A stretch of DNA of 64,000 bases from Myxococcales bacterium (GTDB lineage: Bacteria > Myxococcota_A > Polyangia > Haliangiales > Haliangiaceae), in assembly GCA_028287115.1 (NCBI GenBank), contig JAQBQF010000343.1, positions 1,733 to 65,732 on the forward strand, given 5' to 3'. This document shows positions 37,874 through 48,112 of this stretch, piece by piece. The stretch's first letter is position 1, and every line of letters begins with the position of its first letter. The notes beneath the pieces are model-generated. The model saw nothing but the letters and a program-made list of their open reading frames with translations, did not search any database and had not been told where the DNA came from. Position numbers and translations under genes: made by a program.

Positions 37874-38962
37874 ATGCGTTCGACTCGTCTCCTTCCCGCC
37901 ATCATCCTGTTTGTCGCCTGCGGTAACAACGGCGCGACGCCAGACGCCCATATCATCGTTGGTGACTCGTCGACCACGATCGATGCTCCGGGTCTCAACC
38001 TGGTCGACTCGTACATGGACCGCGACACGTTCCAGTTCACGACGGGTGCGACGACGAACCAGCTGTCGCTGCGGCTCAACTGGCCCGGCAACACAGCGGA
38101 CATGGACTACCTGGTGTTCCCCGCCAACAAGACCGGTGATATCGGCGGCGGGACCGCCATCGGCACGATGGAAGATGAGTTCACGACCTTGGCCGTGAAG
38201 CCGAGCACGCCCTATTGGCTGTGGGTCGGTCAGTACTCGCCGTCGGGTCCGCCCGCTGCGGTCGCTTACGATGCAACGATCTGCGGCGAGACGTACGCGG
38301 CTGGCACGCAGACCTGCCAGTACACCGAGATGTCGGACGCGACGAACGATTACAACGCGACACCGGCCGGCACGTTTGAAGCGACCGGCTTGACGAGCAC
38401 GGCGGTCGTCGTATGCGGCACGATCAACAACGGTCACTTCAACACGAACGCGATGAGCGTCGATATCGACAGCTACCAGTTCCGCACGACGGCCGCGGCG
38501 GATGTCATGATGACCTTCACCGCGCCCGGCGCGGCAGCCCTCGACGCGGTCTACTTCTTCCTCTGGGACATCACGGCCAACCAGTCGGTCGGGATCGGAG
38601 GCCGGTTCGTCGGCGATCACGGCGTATCGATCGGCAATCTCCCTGCAGGAAACTACGAGATCGACATCGAGGCCTATGCGCCCGCGGACATCGCGGCCGG
38701 CCTCCCCTACAAGGTCAAGATCGCGGTCGACACGCCCGCAACGCGTTGCACGAAGTCGACGATGACGGCGAGCTACACCGAAGCGAACGATGGCGCCGAT
38801 AACAAGGGCAACGACATGATCCAGATCGACTACAACGCGATGACCCCGACGCCGACCAATACACTGACCACGTCGACCACGGACATGGCCGAACCGACCG
38901 GCCTGACCGTCGCACCGGCAACGACGTACCGGATCACCGGCAACTCGGCGCTGATTCAGTGA
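37874..38962 (+). CDS. lipoprotein with repeated PPC-like (pre-peptidase C-terminal type) modules
   Basis: Lipobox ILFVACG. Two modules contain D-x-D-x-(F/Y)-x-F cores (DRDTFQF, DIDSYQF). Confidence 0.7.
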   Translation: MRSTRLLPAIILFVACGNNGATPDAHIIVGDSSTTIDAPGLNLVDSYMDRDTFQFTTGATTNQLSLRLNWPGNTADMDYLVFPANKTGDIGGGTAIGTMEDEFTTLAVKPSTPYWLWVGQYSPSGPPAAVAYDATICGETYAAGTQTCQYTEMSDATNDYNATPAGTFEATGLTSTAVVVCGTINNGHFNTNAMSVDIDSYQFRTTAAADVMMTFTAPGAAALDAVYFFLWDITANQSVGIGGRFVGDHGVSIGNLPAGNYEIDIEAYAPADIAAGLPYKVKIAVDTPATRCTKSTMTASYTEANDGADNKGNDMIQIDYNAMTPTPTNTLTTSTTDMAEPTGLTVAPATTYRITGNSALIQ

Positions 38963-38973
38963 CCCTCACCGTG

Positions 38974-39003
38974 CGTTCGCGCCACGTGTGACGTGGGCGA
39001 ACG
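38974..39003 (+). terminator. 13-bp interrupted hairpin downstream of 37874..38962
   Basis: CGTTCGC(G)CCACGT - GTG - ACGTGGGCGAACG, with one bulged G. A GGTTTTGG run follows 8 nt later. Confidence 0.4.
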
Positions 39004-39067
39004 ACGGCGGTTTTGGCGGTAGTTCGAGGTGTTGCGTCGTGGCGCGCGCGATGCACCACCTCGTTAC

Positions 39068-39628
39068 ATGGAGATTCCGCCCGAGATCGAATTCAAAGGG
39101 TTCGACGCCAGCGACGCTCTCACTGCGCGAATCCAGGAGTTGGTCGCGCGTCTCGAGCACATCTACGATCGGATCATCCGATGTCAGGTGTTGATCGAGA
39201 CGCCGCACCGGCATCATCGCCAGGGGCGCCAGTTTCACGTTCGGATCCGCCTCACCGTTCCTGGGGGCGAGATCGTGACGAGCCACGATCCTGGAGCTGA
39301 CGAAACGCACGAGGATGCGTACGTTGCGGTGCGCGACGCATTTGCCGCCGCGCGCCGGCAGCTCGAAGATTACGCTCGCAAGCCGCGCTCGGACTACAAG
39401 CGTCACCGCGTGCCTCGCATCGGCACGATCGTGTTCCTCGACGACTCCGGTACGTGGGGCTGGCTCGAGGTCGAGAACGGCCGGCGCGTTCACTTCGATC
39501 GCGCCGTCGTTGCCGCCGGCCTCGAACACTTGGCAGTCGGTGAGCACGTCCGGTTTGTCGAGCAAGATGGCGAGGCGCTCAGCGTCGATTCCGCGTCGGG
39601 ACACACTCAAGAATCAACCGCGATGTAA
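39068..39628 (+). CDS. HPF/RaiA-like ribosome-associated domain fused to a cold-shock-domain-like C-terminus
   Basis: The N-terminal approximately 115 aa follow the HPF/YfiA pattern (EIEFKGFDASDALTARIQELVARLEHIYDRI...EDAYVAVRDAFAAARRQLEDYARK). The C-terminus GTIVFLDDSGTWGWLEVENGRRVHFDRAVV...GEHVRFVEQDG is CSD-like. Confidence 0.7.
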   Translation: MEIPPEIEFKGFDASDALTARIQELVARLEHIYDRIIRCQVLIETPHRHHRQGRQFHVRIRLTVPGGEIVTSHDPGADETHEDAYVAVRDAFAAARRQLEDYARKPRSDYKRHRVPRIGTIVFLDDSGTWGWLEVENGRRVHFDRAVVAAGLEHLAVGEHVRFVEQDGEALSVDSASGHTQESTAM

Positions 39629-39675
39629 CAGCCCATGGCACATGCGGTGCAGTTTCGGCGGTCAGGAGGATACTC

Positions 39676-40014
39676 ATGACCGACGGAAAGATGACGCGCG
39701 CGCTCGGCGCGACGGGAATCGGCATCGGCCTCACGGAGATGTTTGCTCCGCATTGGCTCAGCAGAACGCTTGGCGTGCGTGATCGCCCGTTGCTGACGCG
39801 CGCGATGGGTGCACGCGAGATCGCTTCCGGTGCCGCGATCCTCGCCGGCCGTGAAGAGCGAGGGCTGTGGGCGCGCGTCGTCGGAGATGCGATCGACATC
39901 GGCCTCCTCGGGTTCGCGTTTCGCCGCAGCCGCCGGCGCAAGGTGGTGTTCGCGGTGCTCGGCGTGGTCGCCGCGATCACCGTGCTCGATGTGCTCGCGA
40001 CTCGCCGGCTGTAG
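39676..40014 (+). CDS. small membrane protein, unknown function
   Basis: 112 aa with three hydrophobic segments. Confidence 0.55.
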   Translation: MTDGKMTRALGATGIGIGLTEMFAPHWLSRTLGVRDRPLLTRAMGAREIASGAAILAGREERGLWARVVGDAIDIGLLGFAFRRSRRRKVVFAVLGVVAAITVLDVLATRRL

Positions 40015-40048
40015 TGCAGACGTAGGCACTCCCGGTTATACGTGCTGC

Positions 40049-40492
40049 ATGGCACTCAAAAGATCGAGCAACGTGGTGTGGCATGGCACGGGACCCAAGG
40101 GCAGCGGAGCGATCACGACGCTCAGTGGTGCGCTGAAGGACCAGCCTTACAGCGTCAATTCGCGGTTCCAATCCGAAGATGGCCGCGCGGGAACGAACCC
40201 CGAGGAGTTGATCGCCGCGGCCCACGCGAGCTGCTTCACGATGGCGCTCGCGTTCGCGTTGACCAATGCGGGACACGAGCCGAAGGAGCTCCGCACGTCG
40301 GCGGTCGTCAGCATGGACAAACAGGACATCGGCTGGACGATCACGCAGATCGATCTCGACGTGAAAGGCTCGGTTCCGAACGTCACGCCGGAACAGTTCC
40401 AGACGATCGCCGAAACCGCGAAGAAGAACTGCCCGATCTCTCGCGCGCTCGGCGGCGTCTCGACGATCACGCTGTCGGCGCAGCTCGCTTAG
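40049..40492 (+). CDS. osmC: OsmC peroxiredoxin
   Basis: ATG 40049. TNPEELIAAAHASCFTMAL and NCPISRAL carry the two conserved Cys. Confidence 0.9.
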   Translation: MALKRSSNVVWHGTGPKGSGAITTLSGALKDQPYSVNSRFQSEDGRAGTNPEELIAAAHASCFTMALAFALTNAGHEPKELRTSAVVSMDKQDIGWTITQIDLDVKGSVPNVTPEQFQTIAETAKKNCPISRALGGVSTITLSAQLA

Positions 40493-40650
40493 TCCAGATC
40501 GACGTCGACGGACTCGAGCTCGAGCTGCTTGTCCGCGTAGGCCGCGCCGAGCAGCAGGTCACACATGGAAGGATCCGGTCCGAGATCGACCTGAGATCAT
40601 TCTACACTTGTCTCGTGTGGCGCGATCGAGGTGGCAGTAGAGTACGGCGC

Positions 40651-41250
40651 ATGCGCGTCTTCATGCTCGCTGCGGTCGTGGTTACGGTCGGGGTTCCGTC
40701 GCCGGCCCGCGCCGATGGCATCGTCGAGGTCGCAGGAGCGGTAACGTTCCCGATCGGCGACGACAACTGGAAGAACACCGTCGAGCCGAGCCCCGAGCTC
40801 GGGATCCGCGCCGGCGGCGGAAATGACGAGCTCGCGGGACTGATCGGTCTGGCCTGGGTCCCGGAGCAGCTCGATGCACAGCCGGCGTTCACCAGCGTCT
40901 CGGGTCATCGCTTCCGGATCCTCGGCAACCTCGAGCTCGGCCACCACATCGCCCCAAAGATCAGGCTCGGCGGGCGGATCGGCGCCGGCACCGACATCAC
41001 CCACGGTAGCTACACGGTGATGTTCGCCGGGACGACGGCCTCGAAGTCCGACACCGATTTCGGTTTCGCCCTCGATCTCGCGGTGAGCCTGCTATTCGAT
41101 GTCGGGTCGGTGCAAGTCGGCCCCGAGCTCGCCGTGCCGATCGGTTACCACTCGAAGAAGGCGATGAACCTGGGCGACCTCAGCTTCGACTACACGCAGA
41201 CCGATATCGAGCTGTGGTTCGTCGTGCGGTTCGGCTCGCACGCAAAGTAA
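40651..41250 (+). CDS. small outer-membrane beta-barrel protein
   Basis: ATG 40651. Signal peptide ending ARADG. Alternating beta-strand pattern ending in an aromatic-rich strand (WFVVRFG). Confidence 0.65.
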   Translation: MRVFMLAAVVVTVGVPSPARADGIVEVAGAVTFPIGDDNWKNTVEPSPELGIRAGGGNDELAGLIGLAWVPEQLDAQPAFTSVSGHRFRILGNLELGHHIAPKIRLGGRIGAGTDITHGSYTVMFAGTTASKSDTDFGFALDLAVSLLFDVGSVQVGPELAVPIGYHSKKAMNLGDLSFDYTQTDIELWFVVRFGSHAK

Positions 41251-41279
41251 GCTCATCCGCCTCCGGAGATTCCGCGGCG

Positions 41280-43025
41280 TCAGGGGCGCAGCATCGCACC
41301 GGGCGGCGCGATGGCTTCGACGCCACCGCGGAGCTCGGTGAGCACTTCACCGGGGAGCGGGAACCAGCGCAGCTCTTCGAAGTCGATCGTGCGCGCGGGA
41401 TCGTTGATCGCGAGCGTGCGGCATTCCTCGGTGACATTCGCGATGATCTTGCGTGCTTGTTCGAGATAGTTCGGCAACGCCCACTCCGGCTCGGTCGCGT
41501 GACGCGACCGGTACTCGATCTTGCCGGTCCGATACGAGACCTCCGCGAGGCGCATCACGCCGGTGGTCGCCGCGAAGTTGCGATGCCGCCATTCGCCGGT
41601 GTCCGGATCGAAGTTGTAGTGCGGCAGCAGGCGCCAACCATCGGTCGCGATCAGGTGGATCGCGTCGAGGATAAATTGGAACTGGGTCTCGGACAGGAAG
41701 TAGTTGAAGTTGACGCGGACCCAGCCGGGCTTGATGCCTTCGCAGCCGCGCACGATCTCGCGCTCGAACTCTTTGCTGTGATCCAGATCGATCCCGAGCA
41801 AGCGATGGCCGTAGGGGCCGGCGCAGCCGCAGCCGCCTCGCGACTGGATCCCGAACAGGTCGTTCAATAGTGCGACGACGAAGTTGTGATGGAGGTACGC
41901 ACTGCGGTGGCGCACGATGAACGAGACGATCGACAGCCGCCAGGCCGCGACGTTGCCGAGAATCGCGAGGTTGGGATTCGCCGACCACGAGGCGATCGCG
42001 CGCTGGATGAAGTCGACTTCGAGCTCGCGGATCGTCTCGGCACCAACCGCTTCCTTGAGCTGAAACACCAGTCCGGCCCGAACGGATTCGATGATCGCGG
42101 GCGTGCCGCCTTCTTCGCGCAGCACCGGATCGGTGACGTAGAGATGGTCTTGCTGGTTGACGTACGCGACCGTGCCGCCGCCCGGGCATGCCGGCACCGT
42201 GTTCGTGAACAGATGACGCTTCGCGACGAGCACGCCCGGCGTCTGCGGACCGCCGATGAACTTGTGCGGCGAGATGAAGACCGCGTCCTTGTAGGCGAGG
42301 GGCTCGACCGCATCACTCATCTTGATGTCGACATACGGACCCGCCGCGGCGAAATCCCAGAACGACAACGCACCGTGCTCGTGCAACAGCTTCGCGATCG
42401 AGCGGCCGTCGGTCGCGATCCCGGTGACGTTGCTCGCGGCGGAGAAGCTGCCGATCTTCAGCGATCGTGCCGCATACCGGACGAGCTCCTCGCGCAGGTG
42501 CTCGAGGTCGACGTGGCCGTCGGGGTCTTCCTTGATCACGACGACATCGGCAATCGACTCGCGCCACGGCAGCTCGTTCGAGTGATGTTCGAACGGACCG
42601 ATGAACACGACGGGACGTTCGATGAGAGGAATCCGCGTCGCGAGCTGATAACGCGTGTCGAGATCCGCGGGGATCCGCAGGTTCATCACGTCGATCAGCT
42701 TGTTGATCGCGCCGGTCGCTCCCGAGCCGCAGAAGATCACGAGATCGTCGGGCCCGCCGCCGACCGCGCGATGAATGATGTCGCGTGCGTCTTGCCGGAA
42801 TTGCGTCGTCTGCCGGCCGGTGCCGCTCGTCTCGGTATGCGTGTTCGCGTAGAGCGGCATCACCTCGTCGAGGATAAACTCCTCGATGAACGTCAGCGAT
42901 CGACCCGAGGCCGTGTAGTCGGCGTACGTGACGCGACGCAAGCCGTACGGCCCTTCGAGCGCGTGATCGTCACCGATAATCGACGCGCGAATCGTCTCGA
43001 TCAGGCGCGTGCTCGCTGGATGCAC
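41280..43025 (-). CDS. class V aminotransferase-fold PLP enzyme (cysteine desulfurase-like, long form)
   Basis: PLP-lysine context VFISPHKFIGGP. 581 aa. Confidence 0.8.
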   Translation of the reverse strand: MHPASTRLIETIRASIIGDDHALEGPYGLRRVTYADYTASGRSLTFIEEFILDEVMPLYANTHTETSGTGRQTTQFRQDARDIIHRAVGGGPDDLVIFCGSGATGAINKLIDVMNLRIPADLDTRYQLATRIPLIERPVVFIGPFEHHSNELPWRESIADVVVIKEDPDGHVDLEHLREELVRYAARSLKIGSFSAASNVTGIATDGRSIAKLLHEHGALSFWDFAAAGPYVDIKMSDAVEPLAYKDAVFISPHKFIGGPQTPGVLVAKRHLFTNTVPACPGGGTVAYVNQQDHLYVTDPVLREEGGTPAIIESVRAGLVFQLKEAVGAETIRELEVDFIQRAIASWSANPNLAILGNVAAWRLSIVSFIVRHRSAYLHHNFVVALLNDLFGIQSRGGCGCAGPYGHRLLGIDLDHSKEFEREIVRGCEGIKPGWVRVNFNYFLSETQFQFILDAIHLIATDGWRLLPHYNFDPDTGEWRHRNFAATTGVMRLAEVSYRTGKIEYRSRHATEPEWALPNYLEQARKIIANVTEECRTLAINDPARTIDFEELRWFPLPGEVLTELRGGVEAIAPPGAMLRP

Positions 43026-43106
43026 GCCTTGGGCATATCACGTTCCCGCGACCGCGCGACCTCGCATCGCGCGCGGTGCGCTGCGTCATGATGCGCATCG
43101 CGTGCA

Positions 43107-44084
43107 TCACGTCGTCAGTACGATCTTGCCGAATCCTGCGTTGCTCGCCATCCGTTCGTGCGCGCGTGCGGCGTCCGCGAGCGGTATCACGCAATCGATC
43201 ACCGGCTTGACGAGCCCTCGCGCGAACAGCGGTACGACTTGCTCCTCGAAGGCGCGCATCGCCGAGATCTTCTGTTCGAGCGGACGCGACCGCAGCATCG
43301 TCCCGAAGATCCGCACTCGCTTGTGAAGGACGAGGCCGAGATCGACTTCGGTCTTCATCCCGGCGAGGAGCCCGACCAATGCGATCCGCCCGAGCGGCTG
43401 CACGCAACGGAGATCCTCGGCGAGGTAGTTGCCGCCGACCAGCTCGAGCACGACCGCGGCTCCATCGGGTGCAGCGGCGCGTACCGCATCCGCGAACTTG
43501 CCGTCCGCGGTCGTGATGCCGACGTCGAGCCCGAGTGGCTTGGCGCGATCGAGCTTGTCGCGCGTGCGCGCGGTCCCGATCACCGTCACACCGTAGGCGC
43601 GCCCCAGTTGAGCTGCGGCCGTGCCGACGCCGCTGCCGACCGCGTGTACGAGCAACACCTCGCCTCCGCGCAGGTTCGCTTGCGTGACGATCGCATCGTG
43701 GGCGGTGACAAACGCTTCCGGAACCGCCGCGGCTTGTTCGAACGACATCCCACCTGGAATCTTGGCGAGCGCGCGCTCGTGGCTGACGATCGCCTCGGCG
43801 TAACCGCCGCCACCGACGAGGCCAAACACGCGGTCGCCGATCGCGAGTCGTGCGACGCCGGGGCCAAGTGCCTCGACCTCACCGGCGATCTCGAGGCCCG
43901 GGATATCGGGAGGCGCGTCCGGAGGCGCGGGATACGCGCCCATCCGTTGCAGAAGATCCGCGCGGTTGACCGCCGTTGCACGAACGCGCACGCGCACTTC
44001 GCCGCGCATCGGCTCGGGCAGCGGACGCTCGACGAGAGCAAGGACATCGGGACCGCCGGGCTTCGTGATCGTGATGGCGCGCAT
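43107..44084 (-). CDS. qor: NADPH:quinone oxidoreductase (MDR/zeta-crystallin family)
   Basis: VRVRATAVNRADLLQRMGAYP and the cofactor loop HAVGSGVGTAAAQL. Confidence 0.85.
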   Translation of the reverse strand: MRAITITKPGGPDVLALVERPLPEPMRGEVRVRVRATAVNRADLLQRMGAYPAPPDAPPDIPGLEIAGEVEALGPGVARLAIGDRVFGLVGGGGYAEAIVSHERALAKIPGGMSFEQAAAVPEAFVTAHDAIVTQANLRGGEVLLVHAVGSGVGTAAAQLGRAYGVTVIGTARTRDKLDRAKPLGLDVGITTADGKFADAVRAAAPDGAAVVLELVGGNYLAEDLRCVQPLGRIALVGLLAGMKTEVDLGLVLHKRVRIFGTMLRSRPLEQKISAMRAFEEQVVPLFARGLVKPVIDCVIPLADAARAHERMASNAGFGKIVLTT

Positions 44085-44110
44085 GGCGATGCGAGGTGTA
44101 GCATCGAGGC

Positions 44111-44497
44111 ATGCGAATCGTCGCTCTGCTGGCCGCAGCGTCGATGTTTGGTTGTGGTGGTCAACCCGCGCTCGCGAATGCGCCGCATCCGGACACCGGG
44201 GCGGTTGCGGGGGTTGCCGCTGCTGCAGCGGCCGCCGCGGTGCTCGCAGACCCGGACGCGGCGAATCGCAAGCCGGAGAAGAAAGAAGTCGAGAACAAGC
44301 GCGAGATCGAGGTGAAGGAGAACGTGCCCGCCTCGGTGTTCGATCATCTCGAGCAACCGGCGGCCGCAGGTTCGGGATCTGGCTCGGCCGAGCCGGTCAA
44401 AGCGACGCCCGCGGTGAAGCGCAAAGGACCGCCGCCGAAGATTCCGCTTCCGAAAGACGTTGCCGACCCCGCGAACCGCGACGACGCGAACCGTTAA
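44111..44497 (+). CDS. lipoprotein, low-complexity
   Basis: Lipobox ASMFGCGG. Ala run and a K/E-rich middle. Confidence 0.55.
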   Translation: MRIVALLAAASMFGCGGQPALANAPHPDTGAVAGVAAAAAAAAVLADPDAANRKPEKKEVENKREIEVKENVPASVFDHLEQPAAAGSGSGSAEPVKATPAVKRKGPPPKIPLPKDVADPANRDDANR

Positions 44498-44751
44498 TCG
44501 CGCGTACGAACTGAGGCGCCTCGAAGTCGCTCGTACGTTCGCGGTTGATCTCGCGGACACGGCGACCGGAGTCGTCGATTCGCGAAGACTCGGACGACCG
44601 CGAGGCCGTCTTTCGGACCGTGGATCTGGCTATTCGATCCGCCAGATCGAGCCCGTTTGGCACAGCCAGATCGTTAGTTAATGCACCTCAATATATCGAA
44701 CCTACTGTGATTTCACGGTGGTCGAACCACTGGTGCACGCCTTGCAACGCG

Positions 44752-45393
44752 ATGCGTCATATGCGCCTCTACCTAGCCTTGTTGCTCCTCGCGTCGGCCT
44801 GCGCCTCGTCACCGCCGTCCGGCGAGCCCACGTATTCATCGGTTCGCGATCGACTCGAGCGATCGCCGACGCGTCTCTTGATCGGCGCCGCGGGCAGCAC
44901 CGGATCGATCACCGCGCGGCGCTACACCCACGACGGTTGGGTCGACGGCCTGACACCGCTCGCGACCTCGAATGGCGAGCTGACGGCGCACCTCGATCAG
45001 GCGGGTTTGCTCGAGCTCTCCGCGTTCGACGTCGGCGTCGATCCGATCGAAATTCCCGACAGTGTGTTCGGCAAGCCGGCGCAGCTGCGCGACGTGCGCG
45101 TGACCCTGACGAGCCGGCCCGCCGCAGCGCCGCAGTGGACCGACAGTGATGATGCAACCGCGACGATCATGATCGATCTCGATCTGTCGTGGTCGATCAT
45201 GGTCAACGGCGGCACGGCCCCGCTCGGCGCGCAGCATCTGCCACCGATCGCTGCAGACCTCACGCTCACCGGTGCCGGCGATCACATCGATGCGAAGGTC
45301 TCGCTCCACGCGATGGGCGAGCTGTGGAGCTGGGCCGGCCTCATGAAGCTCAGCGAGCTCCAGATGTCACTCGCCGCCGCGACTGTCGACTAA
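44752..45393 (+). CDS. lipoprotein, unknown function
   Basis: ATG 44752 gives MRHMRLYLALLLLASAC (lipobox). Confidence 0.6.
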   Translation: MRHMRLYLALLLLASACASSPPSGEPTYSSVRDRLERSPTRLLIGAAGSTGSITARRYTHDGWVDGLTPLATSNGELTAHLDQAGLLELSAFDVGVDPIEIPDSVFGKPAQLRDVRVTLTSRPAAAPQWTDSDDATATIMIDLDLSWSIMVNGGTAPLGAQHLPPIAADLTLTGAGDHIDAKVSLHAMGELWSWAGLMKLSELQMSLAAATVD

Positions 45394-45469
45394 TCGATCA
45401 CAACTGAAACGATTGCGAGCACAATCCCGCGGGACCGGTGCCTGCGATGTGATCGACGGCGGCTGGGGA

Positions 45470-47053
45470 CTACGCGGGCTTCAGCGGAAAGGCGTCTACC
45501 GGCAGCATCGGAACCGGTTTCTCGACGGGGGTTGGCGCGTCGGCGAGATCCATCGCCGCGGGACCGTTGAGCACGCGGCCGAGCGCATCGAACCGCGAGC
45601 CATGGCACGGGCAATCCCAGGTCTTCTCGACCGCGTTCCAGCGCACGACGCCGCTCATGTGCGGGCAGCGCGCCGACTTGGTGTGACACGCGCCGGCCTC
45701 GTCGCGATAGACCGCAAGCACGTGCACGCCGTGACGAACGGTCGCGCCGCTGTCCGGCATGATTTGCTTTACGGAGCTGACCTCACCGCTCGCGAGCCAG
45801 TCGCGATACGGCAAGTTCGAAGACACGGCCTCTTTCGCAAACGTCAGCGCCGCGCGCAGCCGCGACCGCTTCGGTGCATAGAGCTCGGCCCACGGATGTT
45901 CCTGATCCTGGATCAGCGCCGGGATGAGCAGGCCCGCGATCGCGCCGTGCGTCAGCCCATTGCCGGAGTCACCGGTCGCGACGAACACGTTCTTCTCGCG
46001 AGGCAACGCCCCGATGTACGCGAGGCCATCGACAGGCTCCATGATCTGCCCGGACCATTGCGCGACGATCTCACCAGTGCGCGGAAACCGCTGCTCGGTC
46101 CAGGCGACGAGCTTGGGAAACGCCTGCTCGGGATCACCCTGGCCGACGCGATGATCTTCACCGCCGACGAGCAGCACCTCGCGGCCGTTGTCGCCCGGTG
46201 CGACGCGAATGTAATGATACGGATCCTCGGTGTCCCAGTAGAGGCCGTGCGGCACGTAGCCCGGCGCGACATCGAACGCGACAACGTACGATCGATACGC
46301 TGCCTCGCGCGTCGGTAGGTTGAACCGACTCGAGATCGCGGTGTCGGTCGTATCGACCGCGGCGCCCGCGTGGATCTTGCGCCCGTCTTGGGTCTCGATC
46401 TCGACCTGCGCACCGCCCGCGATCTTCACGACGTGGACGCCGTTGACGATCCGTCCGCCACCGGCGATCACCGCATCCGCGAGACCGCGAACGTACGCGA
46501 GCGGATGAAACTGCGCTTGGTTCGCGAAGCGAAGGCACGGTCCCGAGTCGAACGGCAGAGGCGCGCGATCGACATCGTCGACGAGGAGTCCTGCGCGACG
46601 CGCGGCCTCGCGTTCGCGCGACAGCTCCTTGCGCGCGTGCTTCGAAGGGCCGAACAGGTAACCGTCGACGCGCCGGAAGTCGCAGTCGATGCCGAACGTT
46701 CGCGCCGTCGTCTCGATCGCATCGATCGCGGATGCGTGGCTACCGGCGGCGAGCTTGGCGCCGCGCTTGCCGAATCGCTTCTCGAGCATGTAGAAGCGGT
46801 CGTCGAGCGCCGACGCGAGGTGCGCGCTCGTCCGTGCGGTCTGGCCGCCGCCGATCGGACCTTGATCGACGACGAGCACATCGAAGCCGTCCTGGATGAG
46901 CGTGAGCGCGACACTGAGCCCGGCGATACCCGCACCGACGACGCAGACGTCCGCATGTGCATCGGCGGGAATCACCGCGGCGAAGCACGGCACAGCCTCG
47001 GACATCCAGGTCGAGGTCGTCGCGCCGGAGTCGTTCGCGATCGTGAACTTCAT
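45470..47053 (-). CDS. FAD-dependent oxidoreductase fused to a C-terminal Rieske [2Fe-2S] domain
   Basis: ATG 47053. Dinucleotide fold VCVVGAGIAGLSVA. Rieske CPHMSG...CPCHGSRF. Confidence 0.88.
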   Translation of the reverse strand: MKFTIANDSGATTSTWMSEAVPCFAAVIPADAHADVCVVGAGIAGLSVALTLIQDGFDVLVVDQGPIGGGQTARTSAHLASALDDRFYMLEKRFGKRGAKLAAGSHASAIDAIETTARTFGIDCDFRRVDGYLFGPSKHARKELSREREAARRAGLLVDDVDRAPLPFDSGPCLRFANQAQFHPLAYVRGLADAVIAGGGRIVNGVHVVKIAGGAQVEIETQDGRKIHAGAAVDTTDTAISSRFNLPTREAAYRSYVVAFDVAPGYVPHGLYWDTEDPYHYIRVAPGDNGREVLLVGGEDHRVGQGDPEQAFPKLVAWTEQRFPRTGEIVAQWSGQIMEPVDGLAYIGALPREKNVFVATGDSGNGLTHGAIAGLLIPALIQDQEHPWAELYAPKRSRLRAALTFAKEAVSSNLPYRDWLASGEVSSVKQIMPDSGATVRHGVHVLAVYRDEAGACHTKSARCPHMSGVVRWNAVEKTWDCPCHGSRFDALGRVLNGPAAMDLADAPTPVEKPVPMLPVDAFPLKPA

Positions 47054-47212
47054 GCCACGAAACGCAGCAAGCGACGGGCCAGCGACATGGTCGGAACGTT
47101 TCGGAGCCGCGCACGATCGGGCGCTCCCGCTCGCAATTCGAGCGGCGAACGCGCCGACGGCCATCACCGTAGGTGGCACGCGTGATGCTGCGCGTGGTCG
47201 TGGAGGTACAAC

Positions 47213-48052
47213 ATGAAGGCAACACGAGTCTCCGCCTGGCTCTTCGCCGCTGCCGTCGCCGGTGGCTGCACGGGAACGGGCGACGTTGAATATGGCGGCG
47301 AGGTCTCGGTGGCCTCGCCGGATCTCGTCTATGTCGAACCGGGCGTGCAGGTCGTCGCCGATGCCGACCAGCCCCTGTTCTATTCCGATAACTCGTACTG
47401 GCTGTATCGCGATAACAATTGGTATCGCTCTGATTCGTATCGCGGTGGCTTCGAGCCGGTCCACGCGGTTCCGCAGCGAATCCGCGAGATCCGCGAGCCG
47501 CGCGCGTACGTGCACTACGCGCGACATCACGGCGGCGATCGTGCGTGGGCCCGCGAAGGTGCGAACCGGCAACGGGAATCGCAGCCGCCACGGCCGACGA
47601 ATTACTACGATCAAGCGCAGCCGCAACAGCAACAGCAACAGGACTGGCAGCGCACCGATCGACCAGAGTGGCAGCGCGAGCAAGACAACCAGTCGCGCGG
47701 CCAGCCGCAGCGACCGTTGCAACCGCAACAACCAGCGCGGCCACCGCAGGCCAACCCGATGCCGCAACCTAACGCGGCGCCGCCGCCGCAACCAAACGCA
47801 CCGCAGGTCCCGCCCGATCAGCGCGTGCCGCAGCCGGTCCCGCAGCGCCAGGGTGACAACGCTCGCTACGACCAAGACCGTCACGACCTCGGCAATCGCC
47901 CGGTGCAGGACGATCACCTCAATCGCGACGATCGGACCGATCGTAACGAGCGCACCGATCGCGGAGCTCGCAAGACCGACGAGCCGACGCCGAAGGAAAC
48001 CGATCGCGAGCGCCGCGACCGTGACAAGGCCGACCGGCATCGCGACGAGTAA
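47213..48052 (+). CDS. lipoprotein with a Q/P/R/D-rich low-complexity C-terminal half
   Basis: Lipobox AVAGGCTG. QQQQQQ and PQP repeats. Confidence 0.65.
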   Translation: MKATRVSAWLFAAAVAGGCTGTGDVEYGGEVSVASPDLVYVEPGVQVVADADQPLFYSDNSYWLYRDNNWYRSDSYRGGFEPVHAVPQRIREIREPRAYVHYARHHGGDRAWAREGANRQRESQPPRPTNYYDQAQPQQQQQQDWQRTDRPEWQREQDNQSRGQPQRPLQPQQPARPPQANPMPQPNAAPPPQPNAPQVPPDQRVPQPVPQRQGDNARYDQDRHDLGNRPVQDDHLNRDDRTDRNERTDRGARKTDEPTPKETDRERRDRDKADRHRDE

Positions 48053-48112
48053 CGGTTCCCGACCGGACACGACCCGCGACGCGCGGTGCACATCGCAGGG
48101 CGCGTTTGCGGA

